Source of the DNA: Massalongia carnosa
Taxonomy: Eukaryota
NCBI GenBank assembly: GCA_965645245.1
Contig: OZ287067.1
Location: 3,658,001 to 3,722,000, forward strand
Reading direction: 5' to 3'
Length of the DNA: 64,000 nucleotides
The notes below the pieces were generated by a model. The model searched no databases. It was not told the DNA's origin and worked only from the letters and a program-made list of their open reading frames with translations. Shown here one piece after another: positions 39,401 to 49,801 of the stretch (its first letter is position 1; every line of letters begins with the position of its first letter). Made by a program: the position numbers and the translations under genes.

Positions 39401-40951
39401 GGCGTGGGAGCGACTAGCCCGAATAAATCCCTTGGCTAGATTTTCGTCGAGGTAGCGGCGGAGCTCCTCGATTTCGGTACGACTCATACCATACAGGGCC
39501 TGACTAGGGGCCTGCGTACCTTCTTTCAGGTTTATGGCATGATCGTAGGGACGGCGGGGGGGCAAGTCTTCGGATTTCTTCTTCGAGAAGACATCTAGGA
39601 ATTCGTGGTATTGCTTGGGCAGAAGGGGGGCTGGGTCGACGTTCTTACTTTCTCGGTAAGCGTCTAACTCTTCACGAGTCACGGCGGTGGCTAGGGTTAG
39701 GGCCTTATTCATCTTAAATAAGGCTAGGTGGATTTCTTTCTCGTGCGGGCTTGCTCGAGATGGCAATGGTTGGTAGGCTGGGCTGGGTTTTTTGGCTTTT
39801 TCGATCAAATCGAGGGCTGAACTAGGTGAGGCTTTCATTACTAGAGGTTCGGGGTTGGTTTTTCCTAGAAAGAGGTCAATTTCTTTCATGGACAGGGCGA
39901 AACTATCGTGGTTTTTCTTCCGAGTCAGTCGATTGAAGGAGATAGCTCCGATTTCGCAGACATTCATCTGCGGGGTGGTTTTGCGTGCTGCTTGATGAGC
40001 ACGTCTTTGGGTGGATATCCGCAATTTGGACGGGCTTCGGTATCGGATTTTCGGGAGGGGAAGCCCTTGCTGGATTGCATTTTCAATGCGACTGGGTTCA
40101 TCGGTGGGGTTTTGAGGCTGGGGTTCGGGTTCATTGATTTCGGGTTTGATTAAGGTGAAATCGCGCGGCGCGGTTTTGAACAAAGGGATGGATTCCTCGA
40201 TTTTGACGGGATTGTCAGGAATGGAATTTTTGATTGTGGGAATTTCTTCCCCCTCTTCTAGAGAAGTTATCGACGTTCTGATAGACGTGTCTTGATTGAT
40301 AACTTTTCCTAGGGCGTCTTCGAGGATCTCTTCATCCCAGATTTTTCGACTCTCGGCTGGGGTGAGGAATTCTTCCTCAACGGCTTGAAGCTTGACGGGG
40401 TGGGGGCAACAGTGAGTGAGGCAGTAGGGGGAGGCAAAGGTGAGCGTATTATGCCCAAAATCGGCTATGGCGTTATGCCGGCGGAGCCATGGATGGCCCA
40501 GGATAATGGGATAATTTTTTAACCCGGTGACATATAGAAAGAGTTTTTCTACATGACCTTCTAGATCCATGGTGATTTCGGCCACATGAGTGATATTGCC
40601 GGATAGAGCCCTTTGGCCGTCGAATCCTTCGAGCCGGCGGGGATATTTGAGAAGATGAAGGGGAATTTGGTTAGTATGCGCAAATTTCTCATCGATGAAT
40701 AAAAAGCCAGATGCACCACAATCAATTAGATTATACGTTCTAATCCTAGATCTAGATAATCGCAAGATACCTGTCATCACCATGTGACTGTCTCTGAACG
40801 TCTTATCTGATTCAAACAGCTCCAAAGCGGAGGCTGCGGAAAATCGCGTATTGGATCTCAAAGAGGGGGAAAAACTGGTCATCAAACATGAGGAAATGAG
40901 AAGGGGGGGGAGTCCCTGCACGCGACGATGTGCAGAGACTAGGCTTTTCCC
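36494..40951 (-). CDS. pol: Gypsy-C pol (protease, RT, RNase H, integrase, chromodomain), uninterrupted, in -1 frame to gag
   Basis: LIDCGAS, YLDD, ETDASD, H..GH..C..C, SMDYV/SDRGPQF/GQTER, GPY, chromodomain EWYVNRVL..YLVDWEG..TWEP. Confidence 0.96.
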   Translation of the reverse strand, partial: GKSLVSAHRRVQGLPPLLISSCLMTSFSPSLRSNTRFSAASALELFESDKTFRDSHMVMTGILRLSRSRIRTYNLIDCGASGFLFIDEKFAHTNQIPLHLLKYPRRLEGFDGQRALSGNITHVAEITMDLEGHVEKLFLYVTGLKNYPIILGHPWLRRHNAIADFGHNTLTFASPYCLTHCCPHPVKLQAVEEEFLTPAESRKIWDEEILEDALGKVINQDTSIRTSITSLEEGEEIPTIKNSIPDNPVKIEESIPLFKTAPRDFTLIKPEINEPEPQPQNPTDEPSRIENAIQQGLPLPKIRYRSPSKLRISTQRRAHQAARKTTPQMNVCEIGAISFNRLTRKKNHDSFALSMKEIDLFLGKTNPEPLVMKASPSSALDLIEKAKKPSPAYQPLPSRASPHEKEIHLALFKMNKALTLATAVTREELDAYRESKNVDPAPLLPKQYHEFLDVFSKKKSEDLPPRRPYDHAINLKEGTQAPSQALYGMSRTEIEELRRYLDENLAKGFIRASRSHAASPVMFVKKPGGGLRFCVDYRALNAITIKDRYPLPLIAETLHQLIKAKIFTKIDIIAAFNMLRIREGDEELTAFRTRFGLFESLVLPFGLCNGPASFQHFINDTLHEYLADFCTAYLDDILIYSDNELEHEVHVKKILSRLRDAGLQADITKCKFHVTEIAYLGMIVTTEGIKMDPAKVETVVNWPNLVNVKDVQSFLGFANFYRRFVYGFSDIAGPLTNLTKKETEFLWTDKCQLAFEMLKKAFTSDVILRHFDPDRPIIVETDASDYVSGGILSQYDDDGILHPVAYFSKKHNPAECNYEIYDKELMAIVRCFEEWRPELEGSAFPISVISDHKNLEYFASTKQLSRRQARWSEFLSRFDFKIVYRPGKAGGKPDALTRRSGDLPKEGDDTDERRKFQHQTILKTENLDEEVAKSYLRSILLAPAFLDDADIEEAEPQLDEDLIDPDEDISTELLWEQALTRDQFAPEVLEALRNNERHHNRIQLAECEDRDGILYFRNKKYVPRSDRLRLRIIQLAHDSVAGGHPGRSKCHELVNRSYWWPSMHQSIKRFIRNCHTCRRSKPSRQRYQGWLRPLPPPERRWRDISMDYVGPLTPSTFMGITYRYILVVIDRLSKMRHFIPITSMEVEDAADAFYQNVWKVHGLPEAMVSDRGPQFVSDFWQLMCKRLKIDAKLSTGYHPETDGQTERANATMEHYLRAYVNYMQDDWAQWLPGAEFASNNTDSSSILASPFLANFGQHPRMGFEPEEPLPQDLTAQGRANLVAANQFVNKMQDIDTHLRDEMLMAQASYEATANANRRPCPRYFVGNMVWLSTRNIQTARPTVKLDDRNIGPYRVSKVFSNPLIIQLELPDTVKIHPVFHVNLLQHDANDPLPGQRPEPRDPVIAEDGQREWYVNRVLNSKLDRRFQPPLLKYLVDWEGHPSTWEPFNYLINCQQVIDEYHQAYPNAAGPHLNPCQIPRCQCHEA

Positions 40952-42081
40952 TGATCAATATCAGGGGCTTCGAGCTCCATGCTCCGAAGGTTGGTTCGCT
41001 TGTTGGGACAGTCAGTTGCTGACTTCCCTGGATGCTGCAATTTGCAGTAGAAACACAACTTCCAGTCTTCGCAGATTTTGCGGACCCCCTCGGTTTTGAG
41101 CGATTGACCTTTCACCGCTGCCATGGCAGAGCTTAGGTCCATGGGGTCGCCAATGAGCAGCGCAGGGGAGGCGGGAGAAGAGACAGGTGCTTTGGCAGCG
41201 GGAGCGACTGTCGGGGGAAGTGCTGATAACGGGTTTGGCTTTTTCGGTGTCGGGGTGATAGTGGTGGTGTTCGCCTTTGGGGCAATGTGGCGGATCTGCC
41301 GAAGGCCACGATCTGTCTCCAACCACATGGTGACGTGCTCGTCGAAGGTGGTTGGTTGCCTTTGGGTTCCGGGGACCCTATACATTAGGGCTGCGGTCTG
41401 GGTTGAATAATTCACATTTGCCTTCATGGCATCGATCAGGCTGGCATCTTCCATCTTGGACCGGTCTTTTTTCTGCGCAAAAAGGTTGTAGTACTCCTCG
41501 AAGCTACTACTTCCCTGTTTGAGGATATCGCGAAGGTATTTGCGAGCATCCTCCTGCTCGTAGGGATTTCCGCATGCGCGGCGGAGGGCTGATCGCCATT
41601 CAGCAAATGAGGTGAATACGCAAAGGCCATCGACCCTGTACGCATTCATTAGGTTATGAGCCTTTTTGCCTATGGTGAGTCGGCTTTCGGCATAGGCAAT
41701 TTTGGCTTGATCGAACGGGTATCGATCATTGTTGACATGCATTCTTTGAATCAGGGACTGCTCCCACGCATCCAGCTTGACTTCTTCGCCCTCATACTCC
41801 GTGATGTCCGGGAGCTTTTCGGAGCGGATGAGGGAGTTTTTTTACGCCAGGAGCAGCTGCATCATGGCCATGATTTGCGGATCCAAGGTAGGGGGGGGTG
41901 GATTTGAGATAGGTATGGGCTCGGAAATAGAAGGGGTATTGGCATTGTTGCGAAGTTGGTTTACTTCGGCTTCTAGGTTGTCCATTTGACTCAGGAATTG
42001 CTGAGGGTCTGCCTGAAGACGTTCCTGAATGAATCGAATACGCTTATCCAGCTCGGAGAGGTTCTCTTCTGCTGAAGACAT
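40939..42081 (-). pseudogene. gag: Gypsy-C gag with one in-frame TAA at 41842-41844
   Basis: ORFs 41842-42081 and 40939-41742 share a frame; CFYC..H...C knuckle. Confidence 0.9.
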
Positions 42082-43561
42082 GATTGAGGGGGAATGAGAT
42101 AAAGGGAGATGAGGGAAAATGCTATGGAAGGCACTTTTGAATGTTGGTCGAACGTAATGTCACGAAATCAGGTCGAGGGCAAGGGCAAAGGCAAGGTGGG
42201 TTGATGGTCAAGCTTATTGATTGAGTCTATAGCTATGAATCTAGGCTAGGCTAGGTTGGCTATTCAAGACGTTCGACAAAGAATCAGAACTTCCATGATT
42301 CGACTTCTTTCTTATATCTTTGTCCTCCCATATTCATCTTTCTAGGGTGGCGGCGAATGATGTCTAGTCAGTGCGATGATGAATGAGGGGCATTATAGCG
42401 GCAATAAGCACGATGGGGTCAGCGAGGAGACGGGAGATGTCAAACATCAATGCGAAGCTATTAGACATGATAATAGTCGAAAGACGGGAATAAATCATCA
42501 ATGCGAGGCTGATTAATGATCAGTAATCGGCGAATTCGAAGAATGATATGAGGGTCCCGAAGGCATGGCACGACGTCCGTGAGTAGTCATCAGATCAAGG
42601 CACGTGATAGAGGCACGTGGTGAGGTCGGAGGCATTTCATGACATACTCGGCGAACTCATATATGGAATTATTGAACGATAATCTGCTTGGAATTTGACA
42701 ACCGGGCCTTATTTTCATGCAGGATAACGCACCTATACATAAGGCTAAAAAGGCGATGGAATGGTTCAATGAGAACGGCATAGAGGTCATCGATTGGCCC
42801 CCCTATTCACCTGATTTAAATCCCATCGAGCAAGTTTGGTATGTGCTCAAAAAGCTCGTCTATCAAGTCAACCCGAACATAGATTTGGTGATCGGCAGTG
42901 ATGAAACTGTTCGTGAGGTACTTTGGAAAGCGTTAGAAGAAGCCTGGACGTTGATAGATGTGAAAATGATGAGGAGGTAAATAGAGAGCATGAATAGGAG
43001 GATAAAAGCGTGTATAGCGTCGGAAGGATGGTATACTAAATATTAAAAATCAATTTTTGGGGGAATTCTTGTTTAGTATGTATGTAATCATTATGTAAAG
43101 TTTCAAGACATTTCAGCAATCGTGACGTGGTTGATTGTTGATTGAATAGAATGATTGAAATGTTAGTGGGGTGCGGGGCCGCAGACTTTTGGCCTAGTAC
43201 TGTACGTCATTTTGGTGGCCAGCACCCCCGCTAGGGGGTGAGGCGTGGCACGATTAGTCATTGTGGTAGTCATACTTCGGCACGATATCCAACTTTTAAG
43301 GAAAGTTGCTTCATTCCTTTCAATTTCGACGTCTTTTTACAGGACTCGGAATTTAAGTGGTTAGTCATGCAGTTATTTCCGGAGCCCAGTGAGGGATGAG
43401 TCAAGACCAGGGAGCATCGGGAGCAGATTATTTTGGGATTACCATCGCCCACAGTGGCGCCTTCCTGAAACTCTTTCCATTCCGCCGCCTTTCTTTTGGT
43501 CGATCCCCAATCGATCTTCTTCATCGCCTTTCTACTCTTCTCTTCATTAGCAAAATGCCAT

Positions 43562-44092
43562 TGTCACGGACAAGGTCCAGATAGGGAGATATACAAGAGT
43601 TACTATTTAGAAAGCTAGGTCTAGGGATAGTATACAAGAGTTACTATTTAGAAAGCTAGGTCTAGGGATAGTATACAAGACGTCCGACGAAGAGCTCCAA
43701 ACACCTGAGAAACCACATAGGTTTTATAGCCATGGCTTCCAACTCCCCTATTCTTGACTTGCCCTCATCTCTGTTCCTGTTCTAATTTCCTAACCATGAT
43801 CGCTTTGACCTGTTCCGCCTTTCTCCATGCCGAAGCAATCTCTCTCTGCTGGGCAATCCCAGTCGTAGGCTTGGATAGTGGAGACGTTGAGATTGGATTC
43901 GGGATATAGGAGTTTGGGAGTGCACTGAAGGCAGCGGAAGAACGTCTGAACACATGGGGCGAGGTTTCAGGATAGTTCGGAATAACGGGTCACGGTTCTA
44001 TTCAACATGCAGGGCAGGTTTCACGGCAAGAGAGCCTGTTAAATACTAACCCGATCAGGAAACGTGGGAGGGTGCGAGGTAATTCCATGACA
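43562..44092 (-). mobile_element. Solo LTR (531 bp) with an internal 41-bp tandem duplication (43590-43680)
   Basis: TGTCA...TGACA, TSD GCCAT; interrupts hAT ORF; strand inferred from TATA/motif orientation. Confidence 0.9.
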
Positions 44093-44426
44093 GCCATCTC
44101 GTACTTCGCCACTACTCCATAAACTTCTCGCTCTTCTCGGCCACATATGCGTAGCATCTGGTGCGTTTGCCCACAACTCGAAGATCGTATATCTCTGAAT
44201 CCATCATCTGCGAGCTGCTCATTATTGCGAATAACGAGGATTGTATATATAGGAATGTATATAAAGGATGTAGCTGTAGGAATGTAGCTGTAGGAATATA
44301 ACTTTATTGCCTAGATTATGTTGCGATAAAGCATTAATAACTACGTTTACGTTCTAAAAACTCATTCAAATCCAACGCATGCATACATATTCAACCCAAA
44401 CTAGCCAAACCAACCTAGTCATACTG

Positions 44427-45456
44427 TGTAATACGGATGGCGTTAGAGGGATACGTGATCGCCTATGGCGGTTGCGGGATTAACTAGCGTGGACCATGCC
44501 GTAGTACGAAGTCGCATAAGCCGTCGAGGCTGACACACTGCCATCTTGCCCCGAAACTTCGGAGTTATTGTTATCACGTTCTTGACTACTTACAGATCAA
44601 ACACCTGTCGAGGCCGTGGTGGTAGATTGCCATGGAGTGTAAGGCGGACTCCTGTGGAGACGCCAAGGAACTCTATATGGGATCTACTGGCCTACTCGGA
44701 GCTACTGGATCTCTTGATGGTTCAAGAGAGGTAGCAGGAGGCACGGCTCGCTGGACGCAGCTTGAGCTAGGCTCCCCGGTGTAAACTTCAGCTTCAACCT
44801 TTATTACTACGTTGGTAGTGATGTCGGCTGAATGAACCTACATGACCTCGTTGTCTAGACCTTGTGTCTAGAGGCAGGTCCGCAGTGTAGCGAGGTATTC
44901 AGTCGGAGGTAACCTTCCATCACTAGGTAGTGGTGACGGCGAAATGAAGCTACATAGCCTGAGGCATGTAGTGAGGGATCTAGCCGGGGGTAGAATTGTT
45001 CTACCTTGCAAGGGAAGGTCTAGAAGGCTGCTCGAGGCTGACTAGATGATCCAGCGAACGCCGAGTTCGTGGATGGATCCTGAGGGATGGTTGGATGTAA
45101 TGCGGTAAAGTCGGATGTGGATTGCAAGGCTGTAATGCTCGCAAGACTCCCAAGGCTTGCAAGGCTCCTAAGGTTCCAAGGCTCCCAAGGCTATAGGCTT
45201 GGGGTGAGTAGGATAAATATCAGAACGAATCTTGTAGTATTCGTTAGCAATTAGTCTTTATTCTATGAACAACCTACGTTTGGGTCTCGGACGAGATCTC
45301 TTGGTCTAAGCACTTCCACATCAATTAGTTCTTTGGATCACATATACTCTCGGAGACTAGCACGTAGTAGCTATCTTCCTCCTCTCACGCTGAGCATTTC
45401 CCCTTTCGAGATCAGTGTCGCTCGTGATAAGCTTACTGGTCTCGTAGCCCATTACA
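44427..45456. mobile_element. Solo LTR, 1030-bp family, copy 2
   Basis: TSD TACTG. Confidence 0.93.
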
Positions 45457-45859
45457 TACTGAACCTAACCATACCCAACCTTACATAGTTGCCACGCGCG
45501 ACTACTGATAACGTAATTCACTAGTCAACGGGACAAACCGCTCAACGGGACTAACTAAATTTCGCTTAATTCTTGAAGCCTTGTTGAAATAGGTGTATGA
45601 CTATGGCTATATGGCTATGTAATAATAAAGGTATGTATGACCGTGATGTTAAGGATGAAGAGTTGCTAGGCAGCAATCTTTTCCTATTACTGGTCACCCC
45701 ATTCTAAGCGAGGTGATCTTATCTTATCTTGGGACTAAGCCTAATGCGGCATCTACGGTTTCCGTAGATGATATGTCCATCTAGAGCAGCCGTAGGTGCT
45801 ATGTTCATCGTACTGATAGGTGTTCATTGTGCTGGTAGGAATTGGATATTCAACACCCC

Positions 45860-46889
45860 TGTAATGGGCTACGAGACCAGTAAGCTTATCACGAGCGACA
45901 CTGATCTCGAAAGGGGAAATGCTCAGCGTGAGAGGAGGAAGATAGCTACTACGTGCTAGTCTCCGAGAGTATACGTGATCCAAAGAACTAATGGATGTGG
46001 AAGTGCTTAGACCAAGAGATCTCGTCCGAGACCCAAACGTAGGTTGTTCATAGAATAAAGACTAATTGCTAACGAATACTACAAGATTCGTTCTGATATT
46101 TATCCTACTCACCCCAAGCCTATAGCCTTGGGAGCCTTGGAACCTTAGGAGCCTTGCAAGCCTTGGGAGTCTTGCGAGCATTACAGCCTTGCAATCCACA
46201 TCCGACTTTATCGCATTACATCCAACCATCCCTCAGGATCCATCCACGAACTCGGCGTTCGCTGGATCATCTAGTCAGCCTCGAGCAGCCTTCTAGACCT
46301 TCCCTTGCAAGGTAGAACAATTCTACCCCCGGCTAGATCCCTCACTACATGCCTCAGGCTATGTAGCTTCATTTCGCCGTCACCACTACCTAGTGATGGA
46401 AGGTTACCTCCGACTGAATACCTCGCTACACTGCGGACCTGCCTCTAGACACAAGGTCTAGACAACGAGGTCATGTAGGTTCATTCAGCCGACATCACTA
46501 CCAACGTAGTAATAAAGGTTGAAGCTGAAGTTTACACCGGGGAGCCTAGCTCAAGCTGCGTCCAGCGAGCCGTGCCTCCTGCTACCTCTCTTGAACCATC
46601 AAGAGATCCAGTAGCTCCGAGTAGGCCAGTAGATCCCATATAGAGTTCCTTGGCGTCTCCACAGGAGTCCGCCTTACACTCCATGGCAATCTACCACCAC
46701 GGCCTCGACAGGTGTTTGATCTGTAAGTAGTCAAGAACGTGATAACAATAACTCCGAAGTTTTGGGGCAAGATGGCAGTGTGTCAGCCTCGACGGCTTAT
46801 GCGACTTTGTCCTACGGCATGGTCCACGCTAGTTAATCCCGCAACCGCCATAGGCGATCACGTATCCCTCTAGCGCCATCCGTATTACA
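45860..46889. mobile_element. Solo LTR, 1030-bp family, copy 3 (inverted relative to the others), inserted at the Copia-2 PPT/LTR junction
   Basis: TSD ACCCC. Confidence 0.93.
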
Positions 46890-46913
46890 ACCCCCCTTCA
46901 AGTCCTACCAGTA

Positions 46914-47361
46914 TGTCAAGGACTGGGCAGGGGATTGAACTAATGTTCCTAGGAATTGGATTGGGTGATCAAGATGTCTTTATTAATAAGGCTATAGCTA
47001 GGTGATGGATTGCTATACAAGACGTCGGACAAGGAGTCAACAATCTAATTAACTTGTCCTTCCTTTTATATTTGTCTCGAACCCCTTTGCATGAAGATTC
47101 GATCAGTGTTCATCTCCCCCTATTAGGAGACGTACGGCACGAAGGTTTGACGAGGTGTTTGACGATAAAAGGTGGAGATGAGGTTCTCCTGTCGTTGGTA
47201 CGCTTTGATGGTGATGGTACAGCTTTCACCTGAAGCCGTTGAGAGGGGTCTAAACTCGATTTAGTTAATGAGATTCTTACTAAGCCGAATAGAGGAACGG
47301 GAGCTTAGTCAGATTCATCTGCGGGATTGATTCTGGATCGGGTTGGTTCGATTTCATGACA
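46914..47361 (-). mobile_element. Solo LTR (448 bp)
   Basis: TGTCA...TGACA, TSD CAGTA. Confidence 0.88.
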
Positions 47362-49801
47362 CAGTACTTGTTTCCATCGTGGATTCAACCGTGGTTGAAC
47401 TTCTTTACCTCTCATGTCTGTTTGTCCATGTTGAGCTGTCTGATAAAGGAGAAGAACTTGACGTGCGTGAGGGTTTTTGTCAGTCAATCTGCAATCATCT
47501 CTTCAGTCGGAACATAGGTGAGGTCGATTCTTCCTTCTAGCACCTCGTTTTGTATCAAGTAGTGCTGAATGTCGATATGCTTGGTCCTGGAGTGTAATAC
47601 GGGGTTATTGGCCAGTGCTATGGCGCTTTGATTGTCGCCTTTCAATGCAATTGTGCCTTCTCCTCTTAACATGTTTATTGTCGGGGATCCGTCATCAGAA
47701 GTCGTCAATCCGAGTTCGGTCATCAGTAAACGTAGCCATGTTACCTCCTTTGCTACTAAGGTGAGTGCCATATACTCTGCTTCGGTTGATGACAATGTGA
47801 CGGTTATTTGTCTTTTGAAACACCAGCTTATTGGTCCATTGTTCAGCATGAACACATAACCCCAGTTGGATTTTCGCTGCTATTTGTCGAAGGTGATGTC
47901 TCTATTCTTGGTACCGCTAAGGTATCTGAGAATGTGTTTGGCCGCTTCCATATGTGTTTTGCCTGGATTCTTTGCATTTCGACTGATTACGGACGTTGCG
48001 AAAGCTACGTCTGGCCTGGTTTCTATCATTGCGAACGTGATGGATACGACCATGGTTTGATATTGCTTTATGTCCTTGTCGGAGTCCTGAAATTCATTGA
48101 TGAAGAGACAGCCTTCTCGCATGGGAGTGCTTTATGGTTTTGTTGACTCGATCTCGTTCGACTTTAAGGCCTAGATAGTAGCTGATTGGTCCCATGTCTA
48201 CCATCTTGAAAGCTAGCTTGAGCTGTTTCTTGACTTCGGTGATCATCGGGGAACCCTTGGGCCTATGATGTTCAAATCGTCAACGAAAGAGGTAACAATG
48301 TGTCCTTTTATCCCTTGAGGTGTGACGAAAATGTTATGATCTGCGTGGAGTTTCTCCAATCCTAATTTGCTCAATAGAAAAGCTGACAGTCGTTCATACC
48401 AGGGACGCGGAGACTGTTCAAACCGTATAGGGCTTTGTTCAACCTGCACACCATGCCAGCTGTGTCATATCCTTTCGGCATGTGGACATAGATGAGTTGA
48501 TAATGAGACCGTTCAGAAAAGCTGTCACTATATCCAGTCGCTCGATGTGCAGATAATGATGAGCAGCTAACGCGAATAGCAAGCGAAAAGCCATTGTTTG
48601 GCCATAGATGCAAAGGTTTGATCGAAATCTACTCAGTATTGTTGGAGATATCCTTGACAACCCATCTGGCTTTAAAGCGAACGGTCTTTTCATTTACGTC
48701 CCGTTTCAGCTTGAATACTCATTTGCCACTTAAGACTATATGTTCGGGTTCCATGGACTCGGTAGGTAATGTATCCCATCTTTGAATGTGGCGTCTTCAT
48801 GAATTCGTAAGTTCTTGACCCTAATGACCTTGTAGTCTTTTTCCATAAAGACGCGATAGATGGTGCTTCTGTCATATCCACACAGGATTCCTTTCTGAGC
48901 CCTCGGAGAAAATTTAGCAGCCTTGCTGTTTATTCCTTTTCGCTCTTCTTCGTGAATTAATGCATAGACTGTAGATCCGAGAATTCTCAGGTGATCCAGC
49001 TTAGGTGACTTCTTCTCGAAGATCTCATACGGGGTTTTACCTGCTAAGGCGTTGGTTGGTCTGACGTTCTTGGTGTGAACCATGGCTAGAACCACTTCTG
49101 CCTACAAGTAGTCTGGAATGTCTCTGGCAATGACACTGCATCTTGTCATGTCTATGATGGTTCTGCCCATTCGTTCCGCGACTCCGTTTTCATCTTGAGA
49201 GTATGGAGCAGCTGTTTCAAACGTTATGCCTTGTTCCAAGGACCAAACGTCTGACTTGTGACTGCGAAGCTCCGCGCCGAAGTCAGTGCGAAAACTGCTT
49301 ATGAGTTTAGCCTTTCCGGATTTGTTTTGAGCCATGCTGTAGTATGTCAACAAGTGATCAAACCATTCACTCTTCTTGTGTCCGGTATAGACATGAGTAT
49401 ATCTGCTAGCATCACAGGTGAAAGGAAAGAGGTAAAGTTCTTCAAGAAGTCCTGATTGATTCATACACCGATCCAAGGGCCGAAGGCCCTTATGCGGGAG
49501 TGCTAAACTACATCGGGGGGTGTCCCAGGGGATGGGTATCTAAGTCTGCTGAGGGCAGAATTGCTGCACTAAGCGCTGAAAGTACAAAAAATACAAAAAC
49601 TCTTTTAGCTGTACAAGGGGTTGTGAATGCAAGGAAGAGGGAAAAGAAGACATGAACAGAGGGACAAACCGCTTGAGACAAATCGATAAATAGAACTCCA
49701 ACGCCACCCTCCTGGGCCCCTGTGCTTGGTGTTGATACATGCAAGCCCTACCATGGTAGAGACTATTCTGTGAGCGGGATAAAACAAGAGCCGGCCTGCC
49801 G

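Larger units (their letters stand above)
35964..42644 (-). mobile_element. Full-length chromovirus-type Ty3/Gypsy (Gypsy-C)
   Basis: 487-bp LTRs 35964-36450 and 42158-42644 (one mismatch seen), TSD TACTC, PPT GAAGGGGGAG. Confidence 0.97.
35275..43046 (+). pseudogene. Tc1 DDE transposase (35275-35963 joined to 42650-43046), two premature stops
   Basis: SGRP, WSDE, FMQDNAPIH, WPPYSPDLNPIEQVW, GWYTKY. Confidence 0.94.
35179..43202 (+). mobile_element. Tc1/impala-like DNA transposon inserted into the right TIR of the pogo element
   Basis: 27-bp TIRs CAGT.....GCCAAAAGTCTGCGGCCC (23/27), TA TSD. Confidence 0.93.
33321..43254 (+). mobile_element. pogo/Fot1-type DNA transposon inserted in a hAT intron
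   Basis: ~73-bp TIRs starting ATCGTGCCA (right TIR split into 35156-35178 and 43205-43254), TA TSD. Confidence 0.93.
31169..44223 (-). pseudogene. hAT transposase, intron-containing, split by insertions (exons ~44223-44098, 43561-43277, ~33295-32544, 32490-31701, 31637-31169)
   Basis: BED-like CSRC..H..HL, SLALDCWSS, ATDS, PCLSHVIQL, DVNTRWDST, dimerisation domain ARDILAVPAAGVGCERVFS; three GT-AG introns. Confidence 0.9.
30479..45500 (-). mobile_element. hAT-superfamily element; boundaries approximate
   Basis: GGGTT-rich subterminal arrays at 30490-30566 and (AACC-rich) 44393-44420/45462-45482; no clean TIR pair or 8-bp TSD found. Confidence 0.7.

Noticed and set aside
44546..44734. 62-aa ORF repeated in the 1030-bp LTRs
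   Set aside because: Non-ATG start, no motif, start altered in copy 1; recurrence reflects LTR identity only
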